NCBI GenBank assembly: GCA_965219455.1
Contig: OZ244744.1
Coordinates: 2,016,001 to 2,080,000 of the forward strand
Direction of reading: 5' to 3'
DNA: 64,000 bases
Source: Candidatus Latescibacterota bacterium
GTDB lineage: Bacteria > Latescibacterota > UBA2968 > GCA-2709665
Of the stretch, positions 47,955 to 58,011 are shown one piece after another (the stretch's first letter is position 1; every line of letters starts with the position of its first letter). The notes below the pieces were generated by a model, which saw nothing but the letters and a program-made list of their open reading frames with translations, did no database searches and was not told where the DNA came from. Made by a program: the position numbers and the translations under genes.

Positions 47955-49814
47955 CTATCCGCATTCCCCGTAGCTGTAGACGTGGGATCCGTTCCCGAAG
48001 TAGATGCGTCCGTTCAGCCAGTCCCCTCCGAAGCCGATGGGTACGGGAGACGCAGCCACCAACCTGAGGCTGTGGTCGGACGGGTCTACGCGGACGATTC
48101 CCTTCACAAAGAGCATGTAGACACTGCCCGCCGGCGTGGTCACGAAGACACGGGGGCCCTGCTGCCTTGCCGTCAGTCCGAAATTTTCTGCGGTGCCTTC
48201 GCTGCGCACGGTCTTTCTGGTTACCGGATCAAACGCAAAGAAGCATTCCCCGTCTGCAACCCCATAGACCAGGCCGCCCGGACCCGGGCAGAGATCCGTG
48301 TACGATTGCACGCCGGGGAAAACGACCTCGCGCCACAGGATTCGCCTGCTTTCCGGATCCATCAGGTAGAGTTCGGCTTCTTCCGCCTTCCGCTCGCCCC
48401 CTGTTCCGGGATCGGTTGTGGAGCCGCCCAGGAGATTGCCGTTCGCAAGGGCAACCAGGCTCATCGTGCTGTGATCGGGAAGAAGCTCGGTGTGGTCAAG
48501 CAGGACGCGCGACCCGGTCTCCCGGTCCCAGAATAAGATCCCGCCGCCCGTGCGGCCGTAGTCCGGCGTGCCCGACAGAATGACGGTCTTCCCGTCAGGA
48601 TGGGCGAGCAGCGTGTGCGGGCGGTTGATGGCGGGTTTGCATTCGGTCAGGAAACGTGGATTGGAACCGGGGTTGTCCTTTTCGGTAGGGACCCAGGGAC
48701 TGGCAGGGTCCCATTCCAGCAGAAAACCGCCTGTGTAGCCTCCCGCGAAGAACCGGTCCGTCTGCCGGGCAACCGTGTTCCACTGCCCAAGGTTGGGGCG
48801 ATTCGTCCAACTGTCGTTTTCGGGATCGTACCTGAAGAAACGCGCGGGAAAAGTGGTGCCCCCGCAGATGGTGTTGTCCGGAGCCGCGGAAAGGCCCATC
48901 ACGTGGGCGCCTTCAGTGGTGTAGTCGAAGTCGACTTTCCGGATCTCGCCGGATTCGGGATTCTCCACGGACAGGGTGCGGTTGGCCAGATTGCACGCCG
49001 CGACGCGTTTGCCGTCCGGAAAGTCCCGGTGGAAGAGTCCCTGGCTACCCGTGACGATCGGTTTTTCGTTCTGCTCTTCTAACGCCCCGACCGGGTTACG
49101 CCTGCCATTGTAGAGTTCAAACCAGTCAGGGTCATTGTCGCCGGCATGCCCGTATACCTTACCGTTCAGGTCGCGGTAGACGTGGCCGCTCCCGTGGACG
49201 CGTTCGCTTTCGGTGAGCATGGGTTCCGCGGCGCCGGAATCCGGATCCAGGCTGATGATCTGGCTGGCGGTGCTGCCGATGCCGAAGTAGATCCATCCCG
49301 CGCTGTCGGCGGCAACCGAACGCGGGTATTGCCGCCAGTTCTGTTCGTAGACGTGACCGTAATCCCTGAACGCGCGGGTTCGGGGATCGTAAGACAGAAC
49401 GCCGCTATCCGGATGGGTGGCCGCCCAGATTAGGCCGCTGTCGTCCTCGGTCATCCCCATCGCCATCTGCGGTACGGTCTCGTGGTAGAATGTAAACGCC
49501 CGCTCAGCGGGATCGAAGGCAAGGAAGTAGCTGTGAAAATGGGTACAGAAGAGGTTGCCGCTGGAGAGAATTGACGAAAACGGGCATGCATTGAAGTCAT
49601 CGCCCGGTGGAAAAGGCAGGGGGTACTGTTCGCTTGCGCCCGTTTCGGCGTCGATCAACAGCAGGGCGTAGCAGCCGCGATGATCGTACAGCCAGACCAG
49701 AACGACGTTCCGACCCTGCCCGTCCACGGTGGCGGCGAGCCCCCGGCTGTTGGCGATGTCCGTCGCGACGCCGTGGTGGCGGAAACCGTTGCCGAGTTCC
49801 TCTGAGACGTGCAT
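47955..49814 (-). CDS. Hypothetical beta-propeller repeat protein
   Basis: 619 aa with repeated G.(I/V)(Y/W).G and (Y/F)DP units. Confidence 0.7.
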   Translation of the reverse strand: MHVSEELGNGFRHHGVATDIANSRGLAATVDGQGRNVVLVWLYDHRGCYALLLIDAETGASEQYPLPFPPGDDFNACPFSSILSSGNLFCTHFHSYFLAFDPAERAFTFYHETVPQMAMGMTEDDSGLIWAATHPDSGVLSYDPRTRAFRDYGHVYEQNWRQYPRSVAADSAGWIYFGIGSTASQIISLDPDSGAAEPMLTESERVHGSGHVYRDLNGKVYGHAGDNDPDWFELYNGRRNPVGALEEQNEKPIVTGSQGLFHRDFPDGKRVAACNLANRTLSVENPESGEIRKVDFDYTTEGAHVMGLSAAPDNTICGGTTFPARFFRYDPENDSWTNRPNLGQWNTVARQTDRFFAGGYTGGFLLEWDPASPWVPTEKDNPGSNPRFLTECKPAINRPHTLLAHPDGKTVILSGTPDYGRTGGGILFWDRETGSRVLLDHTELLPDHSTMSLVALANGNLLGGSTTDPGTGGERKAEEAELYLMDPESRRILWREVVFPGVQSYTDLCPGPGGLVYGVADGECFFAFDPVTRKTVRSEGTAENFGLTARQQGPRVFVTTPAGSVYMLFVKGIVRVDPSDHSLRLVAASPVPIGFGGDWLNGRIYFGNGSHVYSYGECG

Positions 49815-49879
49815 AGTTGATATCCTCGCACTGAATGTAGCAATATTTGCTTATTGGAGTTAATTCATCGATGGCAGCT

Positions 49880-51235
49880 TCAGCACGCGTCCGAGAGCTG
49901 TCCTTCCATCTCCTTTCGAAGGCGGAAAACGTCGCTTTCATTGTCGAGGTCCACGTCGGCTCGAAGGATCGGCTGTCCCGCTGCGACCCCGCGTTTCAGC
50001 ATGAGTGCGTGGGCCAGACCGATGGGCAAGACGCCGTTCTCGACGGCGGCGGCCGCCGTCATGAGTCTGCCGTAAACACGGTACCCTCCCTCCCCGTCCA
50101 GGGTCTCCCCTGCAGTGAGATCGCGCTTGGCCGTGGCAACGACGTCTGCGACAAACGCACGGGGGGAGCCGGTCGCTTCGCCGTGCACCCCGGCCCGCAT
50201 CACGCTGGTGGCAAGTTCCATGCCGACCAGATGGTAGGGACGGTAGATGGCCGTATAACGTCCTGAGGCATCCGTCGGCAGGCCGTATTCGGCGAAACAC
50301 CGAGGTATATAATCGCCCGCCCCTTCGATGGTGACGTACACACCCCAGCGCAGGTGCGGGTCGACCGGCGTTCCGTCCGGTTGCACGCAGGAGACGACTT
50401 CGACCGTTCCCTTGTGCGAGAGTTGACCGCCCGCGCTCCGGGGCCGGCAGACCTCCGGCAGGCGGTCGATTTCGCATGGCGGGAAGTTCAGACCCTCCGG
50501 CTGCGGTTCCAGCCCCGTGGCATTTGAGACAGCGGCCATTTCAATGGCCGATTTCGTTCCGTCCAGGAAGGAATTGAACATCCTGGGGTTCATCCCGCCG
50601 CGAGCCGCGGTTTCCGCGTCAATCCCGTAGTGGTCCCAGACGGTATCGGGCGTCGATGCATGGTAGGCGGGCCGATGTTTCGTGCCTTTACCGGCGCAGA
50701 CGACGTCGAATCCGTTGGTCCTCGCCCATTCGACGAGTTCACAAATCAAAGCAGGCTGGTCGCCATAGGCAAGCGAGTAGACGAGGCCGGCGGATTCCGC
50801 CCGTTGCGCCAGTACGGGTCCCGCGAGGACGTCCGCTTCGACGTTGACCATGACAAGGTGGCGGCCTTCGTCGATGGCTTTAAGGGCGTAGTGGATGCCG
50901 GCAATCGGGTTGCCGGTGGCTTCGACCACCACGTCGAGGCCGGCCGCGCAAACCAGGGCATCGCCGTCGTCGGTGAGGTGGGTGGCCCCGGTCTTAAGGG
51001 CATTGTCGAAGTCCGTTGCGGCGAATTGGCCGGGCGGCCACTCCGCGCGCCCGAGGGCTTCGCGCGCCCGGTCAATGGAGAGATCGGCCACGCCCAGGAC
51101 ATGCAGATCCGGAATGCGCCTGGCCTGGGCCATGAACATCGTGCCGAATTTTCCGGCGCCGATGAGACCCACCCGAACGGGATTACCGGGTTCGGCGCGC
51201 GCCGGACTCCTTCGCGGGCTGCGAACGTTATGCAT
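49880..51235 (-). CDS. NAD(P)H-dependent oxidoreductase, homoserine-dehydrogenase-like with C-terminal SAF domain
   Basis: VGLIGAGKFG, EATG, VNVEAD, GDQP, DGTKSAIEM, RPYHL, AKRDL.AGE.LDGEGG. Confidence 0.9.
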   Translation of the reverse strand: MHNVRSPRRSPARAEPGNPVRVGLIGAGKFGTMFMAQARRIPDLHVLGVADLSIDRAREALGRAEWPPGQFAATDFDNALKTGATHLTDDGDALVCAAGLDVVVEATGNPIAGIHYALKAIDEGRHLVMVNVEADVLAGPVLAQRAESAGLVYSLAYGDQPALICELVEWARTNGFDVVCAGKGTKHRPAYHASTPDTVWDHYGIDAETAARGGMNPRMFNSFLDGTKSAIEMAAVSNATGLEPQPEGLNFPPCEIDRLPEVCRPRSAGGQLSHKGTVEVVSCVQPDGTPVDPHLRWGVYVTIEGAGDYIPRCFAEYGLPTDASGRYTAIYRPYHLVGMELATSVMRAGVHGEATGSPRAFVADVVATAKRDLTAGETLDGEGGYRVYGRLMTAAAAVENGVLPIGLAHALMLKRGVAAGQPILRADVDLDNESDVFRLRKEMEGQLSDAC

Positions 51236-51334
51236 AGCGCACCTTGAAATGCGAAAAGCCTTGCGGGCCGCGGAGAAATACGATGGATCCAGTCCCGGAT
51301 TGAATTACAGGTTCACCCGAGACCGGATATGCCG

Positions 51335-52153
51335 CTAACGACCGTTCTCGAAGCAGACGCCCATGTCCTCCAGGAACTGTTCGGGCTCTACCCTGCGATA
51401 CCTTTCCACGCAACCATGCACGCTACCGGGGTTTTCAACTTCATCCTGAGTGGGGAACTGCCGCGTTGACAGACCTTCAAGTCGGGACAGCCTGTAACGG
51501 CTTGTCTGTACAACCTCGTTCACGTTCGATCTGGCGCGGATTTCGACATCGGGTTCCGCGGATCTGTAGTAATGCACGGATTTCAGGTGCGTCCGCATCA
51601 TCTTGAACGCGTAATCCGGAAGACGCGACTCGCGCCCGCCGGGAACGAAGGACTCGAGCCAGAAGAGTCGATCGATCTGGAGATCGAACGCTTTCTTCAG
51701 TGCGCCTGAAACGCTGCCGTCGGACGAAACCCACTTCGAGTCGGGCCAGACGTCCAGGTTGCCCCACGGCCATCCCAGACGTTCCTTATCCAGTGCAAGG
51801 CGTCCGCTGCCGGTATTGACGCCTTCCTTCGAAATGTCGAGAATGGCGAAGTGCTGCGGATAAATGAAGAAGTCATCCGTCCGTGCCCGCCAGGCATCGT
51901 AAAAGGCCGTGGTTAGCGCCAGAATCGCGTACGAGGTGTGGAGGATGCCGTCTTCGAGGCAGGGCGAGACGATTCCCGTGCGATCTGACTCGCGGTAGTC
52001 GGGACAGAATTCCTCGAAGGGGATGGACGTAAGGCCGTTCCCCCCGCACTTCCAATATTCGAAATCCCGGGCGGAAATGACTTTGCTGGTATGCATATCG
52101 GGTAACCTCGCGAACAGCAATAAACCGGCACTACGTTCGCGCGAGTCTTCCAC
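51335..52153 (-). CDS. Hypothetical protein
   Basis: Long ORF in operon orientation with a normal globular composition; no recognised motif; start uncertain. Confidence 0.65.
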   Translation of the reverse strand: MEDSRERSAGLLLFARLPDMHTSKVISARDFEYWKCGGNGLTSIPFEEFCPDYRESDRTGIVSPCLEDGILHTSYAILALTTAFYDAWRARTDDFFIYPQHFAILDISKEGVNTGSGRLALDKERLGWPWGNLDVWPDSKWVSSDGSVSGALKKAFDLQIDRLFWLESFVPGGRESRLPDYAFKMMRTHLKSVHYYRSAEPDVEIRARSNVNEVVQTSRYRLSRLEGLSTRQFPTQDEVENPGSVHGCVERYRRVEPEQFLEDMGVCFENGR

Positions 52154-52176
52154 GCGCGGCGCGGATTCGGGAATCC

Positions 52177-52896
52177 TCAGTTCGCCTCGCCGGGGGAAAC
52201 AGCGTCGTTTTGAGGGACGTCACGCGATTCCCGGATCTGGCCCCTCCGCACCACCGACCTCATGGATCGATACATCGCGTAGACGGAAATCAGGGCCCAG
52301 ACCAGAGCGATCGGATAAGCCAGAAGCGGCGTGTCCCAATGCCGTGCGAGGATGCCCGCATCGGTGCGCTCGGTATACATCCAGAGATCGGTACGGAAGT
52401 CGTAGAGGCTGTATAGACAGAGCATCACGCCGAGCCACGTGGACACCCAACGCGCGACGCCTGGCAGCAGGACGGCCCCGATCAGAAGAAGGAGGCCGCT
52501 CGCGATACCGAACATGAAATCGATGCTGATCAGCGGTGTGTAGACTACCGTCATCCCGATGGCGAGGCCGCCAATCCCGGCAAGAAGAATGCGCTGCAGC
52601 AGCGGCCAGGAACTGACGTAGATGAAAAAGGCGCCCAGAAACGCGGAACCGACGTAGCCCGCAGAGGCGATGATCGGAAAAATGCCGCCCCGGCTCTGCG
52701 CGTGGCCGGATTCGTCCCAGTTGACGCGGATTTCGAGGACTTCGCCCCCGGTAGCGATGGTGGCCCCCGCGTGGCACATTTCGTGTACGAGGACCATAAA
52801 AACCCTGAAGGGTTTGATGAAGGGCGTGTCCCAGAACGCGAGAGCGATGATGGCGCAGACGATCGCGGGCCAGAAACGTTTGAAGGTAGTCCGCAT
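52177..52896 (-). CDS. M50 family (M50B-like) membrane metallopeptidase
   Basis: VHEMCHA HExxH, AGYVG, TDA..LA; TM helices. Confidence 0.88.
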   Translation of the reverse strand: MRTTFKRFWPAIVCAIIALAFWDTPFIKPFRVFMVLVHEMCHAGATIATGGEVLEIRVNWDESGHAQSRGGIFPIIASAGYVGSAFLGAFFIYVSSWPLLQRILLAGIGGLAIGMTVVYTPLISIDFMFGIASGLLLLIGAVLLPGVARWVSTWLGVMLCLYSLYDFRTDLWMYTERTDAGILARHWDTPLLAYPIALVWALISVYAMYRSMRSVVRRGQIRESRDVPQNDAVSPGEAN

Positions 52897-52898
52897 TT

Positions 52899-53621
52899 CT
52901 ATTCCTGGTACCGGTTGACAATGCTCAGGTCGGTTTTTCCCGACTCTGCATGGATGAATTTGACGAGCAAGGAGACTTTGTTTTCTTTGTTCAGAACATC
53001 CCAGTAGAAATCGCGGGTCGTTTCAATCCGGTTGTGCAGTTCCACGGCATACGGTTCGCCGGAAAACGCGGGTGGCGGATCTCCGTCGTCCCTGTAAGTG
53101 GTGATGCAGTGGCCGAATCCCGGAATGGCCGTTTCGTAGCTGAAGTATTGTCTGGCAACGATATCGCCGCCTCGGTCTACGGCCTTTAGAATCGAGAGCT
53201 TGTAGTCGGCGCATGAGTGCTCCAGGTTGACGATGCCGGCGATGCGGGGCGTGAAGATGGGAGGATCGGGCTCGATGGTCCGCGTGTTCATGGCGGATTC
53301 GAAGGTGCCGCCGTGCTGTATTGCGTCGAAAATCGTGTCCGTATGATCGCCGTTGGAAACAATGTGACAGGCGCACAGCACTCTGATGGGTCGATAGACA
53401 ACCAGGACGGGATTCTCCAGCGCGGATTCGTCGAAGGCCCGGGTTCTGACCGTATCGTTTTCGGCGACAAAGACCCGGTTCCGGCTCCCCGCGCTTCTGC
53501 CCATAATCCAGTAGACCTGGACGAAGTGCCTGGCGTCGGGAGCCTGGCCGATGATGATGCCCCGTCCCGGATATTGGGAGTTCCCCAGCGCGTCCGGATT
53601 GGTTTCAACGGTCTTTCCCAC
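52899..53621 (-). CDS. IMP cyclohydrolase-like protein (PurO-like)
   Basis: YPGRGII, YWIMGRS..SRNR, IVSNGDHTD, EPD.P.FTPRI, LNKENKVSL; GTG start at 53621 after GAGGAG. Confidence 0.85.
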   Translation of the reverse strand: MGKTVETNPDALGNSQYPGRGIIIGQAPDARHFVQVYWIMGRSAGSRNRVFVAENDTVRTRAFDESALENPVLVVYRPIRVLCACHIVSNGDHTDTIFDAIQHGGTFESAMNTRTIEPDPPIFTPRIAGIVNLEHSCADYKLSILKAVDRGGDIVARQYFSYETAIPGFGHCITTYRDDGDPPPAFSGEPYAVELHNRIETTRDFYWDVLNKENKVSLLVKFIHAESGKTDLSIVNRYQE

Positions 53622-53634
53622 GACGAGGATCTCC

Positions 53635-54525
53635 TCAATTCGTCCCAGGGTCAGACACTTCGACCAGGGTGTCGTAGATCGCTCTTGCAAGAGCGGCGAG
53701 ACTGAGGTCACCGGCCATCCGGTCCGGGCACGTCACGTGTTTGGCCATTATGGCGACCGTATAGGGACCTGTCGGCGAAAAGACGATGCCCACGTCGGCG
53801 CGCACGCCGAGATAGTAACCCGTCTTGTGTGCAACCCTGGTTCCAACCGGCAGTGCGTAGGGGATCACGGTTCTGAGTTGCTGGCGCTTCAGGATGTCCA
53901 GGGCCCCCTCCCGGGACGCTGGCGACAGAATATCGCCCGAATAGAGCAGTTCCAGGAGATCGCACATATCGCGGGGGGAGGATACGTCTGACCGGTCGAG
54001 GTCGTAACCCGCCCCGTCGGGTACGTATTCCGCGTTGAACAGCCGTTCGGTGCAAACGGCATAGGTATGGTCGGGATTGTTCGGATCAAGACCGACGACG
54101 CTGAAGAGCAGTTCTCTGACCGTCATCGGGATACGGGTCTTCAGGAGTCCGAGTTGCCGCATCGTGGTGTTGAGATTGTCTCCGCCAACAAGGTGGTAGA
54201 GAATATCCGTCGCGGTGTTGTCGCTGATGATAATCATCAGCATGGCCAGATCGCGAATCGTGGGGTTCAGACCCCCTGCCATTTCCTTCAGGATACCCGA
54301 GCCGGGAACACGAAGATCCCTGGTGATCTCGATGCGCTTGTCCGGATCGATATCGCCCCGGTCCACCTGGCGGTAGAGTTCGACAAGCAGGGGAACTTTC
54401 AGCGTGCTGGCGGTGAAGAACACGTCCTCAGCATTGTGTTGAATGCGCCGGCCGGTTTCCAGGTGTCTGGCCGACACGCCAACGGTCCCCTCGATCCTCG
54501 AGATGGCGGTTTCGACAGATGTCAT
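53635..54525 (-). CDS. Serine hydrolase, class A beta-lactamase-like fold
   Basis: ASTLK (SxxK), SDN and HKTG motifs; no signal peptide. Confidence 0.88.
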   Translation of the reverse strand: MTSVETAISRIEGTVGVSARHLETGRRIQHNAEDVFFTASTLKVPLLVELYRQVDRGDIDPDKRIEITRDLRVPGSGILKEMAGGLNPTIRDLAMLMIIISDNTATDILYHLVGGDNLNTTMRQLGLLKTRIPMTVRELLFSVVGLDPNNPDHTYAVCTERLFNAEYVPDGAGYDLDRSDVSSPRDMCDLLELLYSGDILSPASREGALDILKRQQLRTVIPYALPVGTRVAHKTGYYLGVRADVGIVFSPTGPYTVAIMAKHVTCPDRMAGDLSLAALARAIYDTLVEVSDPGTN

Positions 54526-54546
54526 TTCAAGTTATCCAATCTGCGC

Positions 54547-54717
54547 TTCGGTTTTTGCCTTTTCTCACGTCTCCCGTCTTGCCTCTACCCGGTTTTCGGT
54601 TTTTGCCTTTCCTCACGTCTTCCGTCTCACGGCCTTCTGATTTCGGGAGAAGGGTTCTGCTGTTTGGTTTTTGGTTCCTGCTTCAAGCTGATTGCTGACC
54701 GCTGATGGCTGATCGCT
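54547..54717. repeat. Intergenic 33-bp direct repeat plus GCTGAnn heptamer array
   Basis: 54547-54579 and 54595-54627 are 31/33 identical; GCTGATT GCTGACC GCTGATG GCTGATC at ~54687-54717. Confidence 0.75.
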
Positions 54718-54718
54718 C

Positions 54719-56632
54719 TTATGGTATCTCCATTGAAAGTGCTTTTTGCTTCAAAACCCCGTAACGACGGGTCTCATACGCCGGCAACTGGCTTTCGCGC
54801 AGGTCAAAACCGAACGCGCGTTTGCTGAGCACAATGATCGGCGGCGCCTGGACGCGTTTGAAATAGTTGAGCCTCACCTGCCGCGCGATCCACTCCAGGT
54901 CTTCAATCCAGCTGTTCACGTCCGGGAACCAGGCCCGGAACTGCTCCCGGTCATCCCACCCGATCTCGTCCAGCAGGATTCCATCCAGGAACCACTGCAG
55001 AAAATCGACGGGGTGTTTCCGATACTCGATGATCTGGCGAAGAATGGCATCGTGGTACCCGTATTTGATCGGATCCCCCAGACCCCGGGTCACGTCCTGG
55101 GCTTCCGACAATTCCGCACTGGGCACCGTCTCCCCGCTAATCAGGTTTTCCGGAATGACCTCGCTTCCAAACACGTGCGCGTTCAGGAACCGCGCCAGTT
55201 GCAGCACCTGTACCTTATACAGGTCTGCAATAGGGGCCACGGCGCCATTCACGTCCCCGTAAAGCGTGGCGTAACCGAGCGCCGTCTCTGTCTTGTTGCC
55301 GTTGTTCGTAAAGACCAGCCCGAACTTCGCGGCCAATCCGGCGAGAATATCCGCCCCCCGGATGCGCGCCTGGAGGTTCTCGTCGACGAGACGGGTATAG
55401 TCGCCCGGCGACCTGGAGAAGCTTACGCCCCTGATCTTCTCGGACAGGTTCTCGTACAGATCCTGGATCGGGCAACTCAGGTAGTCCACCTCGAGGGTCC
55501 GACAGACCTGCCTTGCGTTTTTCTGCGTGATGGACGAATTGAACCGGGTTGGCATATTCACCGCGTACACACGCTCGGGTCCGAAGGCCTGGGCGAGCAT
55601 GCAGGTCACCACGCTCGAATCGATCCCTCCACTGGCGCCCACCAGGAATTGGTTCTCTTTCTCCCGGATATCGTCAAGATGCCGCAGTCCGGTCAGTATG
55701 GCGTCGTAGATCGCGGCGACCTCGTCCTGAGAAGAAGCGGGCGGGTCTCCGCCCTGGCTCGATATAATCTGCTGCCGCCATGGCTGCGCCCGCCTCAGAA
55801 TCTCTCCCGACGCGGAATACACCGTCGAATCGCCGTCGAAAACGATGATATTCTTGCCGTTGTTCTGCGCCCCGACCTGATTGACGTAAAAAACAGGAAT
55901 GGGAGAACGGCGCAGAATCTCCCTGACGACCCGGTTGCGCTTCAGATTCTTCTGCCACGTCCAGGGAGAAGACGACAGATTGAAGAGCGCCTGCGCCCCG
56001 CGGTCGTGGAACACGCGCAGCGTATCCAGAGTATCTTCTCCGTAGCCGTAGTCCTGGCACCATATATCTTCGCAGAGTTGCACGCCGAACGGAAACGTCC
56101 GGCCGTCCCTCAGGCGGACCTTAAAGGGCCGGATCCAGTCGTAAACCGATCTCCCGCAAGCATCGGCGAGTTTCCGGAGCGAGTAGAAGTGGCGGTCGTC
56201 GTCGAAGAACCGGTAGTTCGGATGCAGCGTCTTGGGATGCACCCCGGCGGGCAACCCGGAAGGGACCTCGTTGCGCGTCACATAGCGGCCGTCGGCGCAG
56301 ACGTGGACGGCATTGTACTTTCGTATCCGGCCGTCCTCCCCGATGTTCGCCCGATCCACCGCCACGTTCCCGAAGAGTACGGTAATGTCCTGACTGGCTT
56401 CCCGGATCGTTTCGCTGTATGCCGCGAAATCCTCAACGAGCGCATCCACCTCCCACAGGTCGCCCAGGATATAGCCGGAAATGCAGAGTTCCGAAAAAAC
56501 GATCAGTTCCGCGCCCTCTGCCCTCCCTTTGTCGATGTAATGCAGCATCCGATCCACGTTCAGATCCGGGCGTGCCGCCTTCACATCCATCTGGACCAGA
56601 GCGATTTCGGGCAACGCGTCAACGCCAGTCAT
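54719..56632 (-). CDS. nadE: Glutamine-dependent NAD+ synthetase
   Basis: Nitrilase domain (FSEL..SGY, K..PNY..FD, LCEDIW) plus synthetase domain (SGGIDS, ENLQARIRG, GNKTE, GYATLYGD, PSAEL). Confidence 0.95.
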   Translation of the reverse strand: MTGVDALPEIALVQMDVKAARPDLNVDRMLHYIDKGRAEGAELIVFSELCISGYILGDLWEVDALVEDFAAYSETIREASQDITVLFGNVAVDRANIGEDGRIRKYNAVHVCADGRYVTRNEVPSGLPAGVHPKTLHPNYRFFDDDRHFYSLRKLADACGRSVYDWIRPFKVRLRDGRTFPFGVQLCEDIWCQDYGYGEDTLDTLRVFHDRGAQALFNLSSSPWTWQKNLKRNRVVREILRRSPIPVFYVNQVGAQNNGKNIIVFDGDSTVYSASGEILRRAQPWRQQIISSQGGDPPASSQDEVAAIYDAILTGLRHLDDIREKENQFLVGASGGIDSSVVTCMLAQAFGPERVYAVNMPTRFNSSITQKNARQVCRTLEVDYLSCPIQDLYENLSEKIRGVSFSRSPGDYTRLVDENLQARIRGADILAGLAAKFGLVFTNNGNKTETALGYATLYGDVNGAVAPIADLYKVQVLQLARFLNAHVFGSEVIPENLISGETVPSAELSEAQDVTRGLGDPIKYGYHDAILRQIIEYRKHPVDFLQWFLDGILLDEIGWDDREQFRAWFPDVNSWIEDLEWIARQVRLNYFKRVQAPPIIVLSKRAFGFDLRESQLPAYETRRYGVLKQKALSMEIP

Positions 56633-56687
56633 ATCTGCCGAGCCAAAGATGAAGGTTTGGTTTGACCTTCCCAACCCAACGCATTAC

Positions 56688-57995
56688 CTACGAAATGCCG
56701 AGTGACCGACTCACGCCGGCGTGAATCCGATCCTCGGTGGCGGCCACGTAGGGCCCCGTTCGCTTCCAGTACTGCTGGCTGAACCAGACTTCGTAGCCGC
56801 CTTCAGGAATCTGGCGCCGGACGGGGACGTAGCCGATGATGTCATTGGTATATGCCAGAACCAGGACGTTGTCGAAATGCGGACCCAGTTCCCGTTTCAG
56901 GCGCAAGCCATGCTCGACAGTCATTTCCCCTGCAAGTGTGACCACCGCCAGGGCATTTCCGAAACGTACCGTCTGAACTTCAAACGGGATGGTCGTGGGT
57001 ACGGGGACATTCTTTTCGACGCATTCAAACAGATGTCGCGCCCAGGCCTGAACGAACGCCCGGTCGTCATTCAGGCCGGCTCTCACGAGTTCCATGTCGA
57101 CGGGTTCGGTTTCCAGGTTGAGGATGGTCTGGCTCACGGAAATCGGACCGGTGACCGGCTCGAGCGCGCCCGAGGCGAGGACACGGACCACGGATTCCCC
57201 CAGTTCGATGCCGATGTCGCGGATTTCTTCGACACTCCTGGGTACGAATGTATCAGACGAGGGGTCGACCGGCCTTGTTTTCTGGTCTCCGGCGCAGCCC
57301 TGGAGAAAAAAAGCCGGGGCGCCCGGAACCATTGTTTCTATATGGTCATAGACGAAACAGACGTAGTCGCCGCCGATGAGGGTGCCGCTCCGGCTGGTGG
57401 GGTGGCACGCGTAGCTGAAGATCACGCTTCGACGTTCGCCTTCGGGAGATTCGACGACCAGCACGTGCACGTCGTGGTCGTGAGGCGCATCAGCGTCGGG
57501 TTTCCAATCGACGCCGCCCTTCCCGTCGGGCTTACGGCGGGAAACGGCGATGTCACATTGCCCGGTACCGAAACGAAGCCGGGCGGGCGCCCGGGTTTCC
57601 CATGCGGTTTTCGCACTGCGGGTGACCCGGCTCATGAGTTCCTCGACGTATTCCTCGTCCAGGCCGCCGTGGCGCTGGCGGTCCATTTCCCGGATGCAGG
57701 GGCCGCAGTGGGTGTGGGTTCCGCTGAGAATGATGCTCGACGGCGCTAGGCCCGTCGCCGCCGAGATGCGGGACCGAACCTGTTCCGTGTGTTCGTAGAA
57801 ACCCAGGATCTCAGCGCTGACGATGAGCAATGGGCTGGTGCCGTCGTCTATCGCAATGGCGTTGGCCTTCAGAGGATGATAGACGGCCGTGGAGGGTTCG
57901 GTACGGGCGGCGAACCCGGCCATATGGATACCGACCGGTGGCGTGATGTCATCGCCGCCCACGCCGATCCGGTAGGTGTCGTTGGATATCGTCAT
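56688..57995 (-). CDS. Neutral/alkaline ceramidase N-terminal domain protein
   Basis: DITPP.G..MAGF.AR, THTHCGP, YACHPT, QGCAGD, GYVP...GGYE. Confidence 0.85.
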   Translation of the reverse strand: MTISNDTYRIGVGGDDITPPVGIHMAGFAARTEPSTAVYHPLKANAIAIDDGTSPLLIVSAEILGFYEHTEQVRSRISAATGLAPSSIILSGTHTHCGPCIREMDRQRHGGLDEEYVEELMSRVTRSAKTAWETRAPARLRFGTGQCDIAVSRRKPDGKGGVDWKPDADAPHDHDVHVLVVESPEGERRSVIFSYACHPTSRSGTLIGGDYVCFVYDHIETMVPGAPAFFLQGCAGDQKTRPVDPSSDTFVPRSVEEIRDIGIELGESVVRVLASGALEPVTGPISVSQTILNLETEPVDMELVRAGLNDDRAFVQAWARHLFECVEKNVPVPTTIPFEVQTVRFGNALAVVTLAGEMTVEHGLRLKRELGPHFDNVLVLAYTNDIIGYVPVRRQIPEGGYEVWFSQQYWKRTGPYVAATEDRIHAGVSRSLGIS

Positions 57996-58011
57996 GCGAC
58001 GTGCTCCGTGA

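Noticed and set aside
2453-54525. Antibiotic-resistance island (AAC(3), APH-like, GNAT, MBL, class A beta-lactamase-like genes)
   Set aside because: Only superfamily-level motifs; the beta-lactamase-like and MBL proteins lack signal peptides; the genes are dispersed; resistance cannot be claimed
54547-54627. Possible mini-CRISPR (33-bp repeat twice)
   Set aside because: Only two copies, a 15-bp spacer, no leader and no cas genes
54746-56665. 639-aa ORF antisense to nadE, and other long antisense ORFs (e.g. 6442-7497, 7607-8617, 13931-15196, 56721-57749)
   Set aside because: Shadow ORFs expected from codon bias in GC-rich genes; no motifs; they fully overlap well-supported genes
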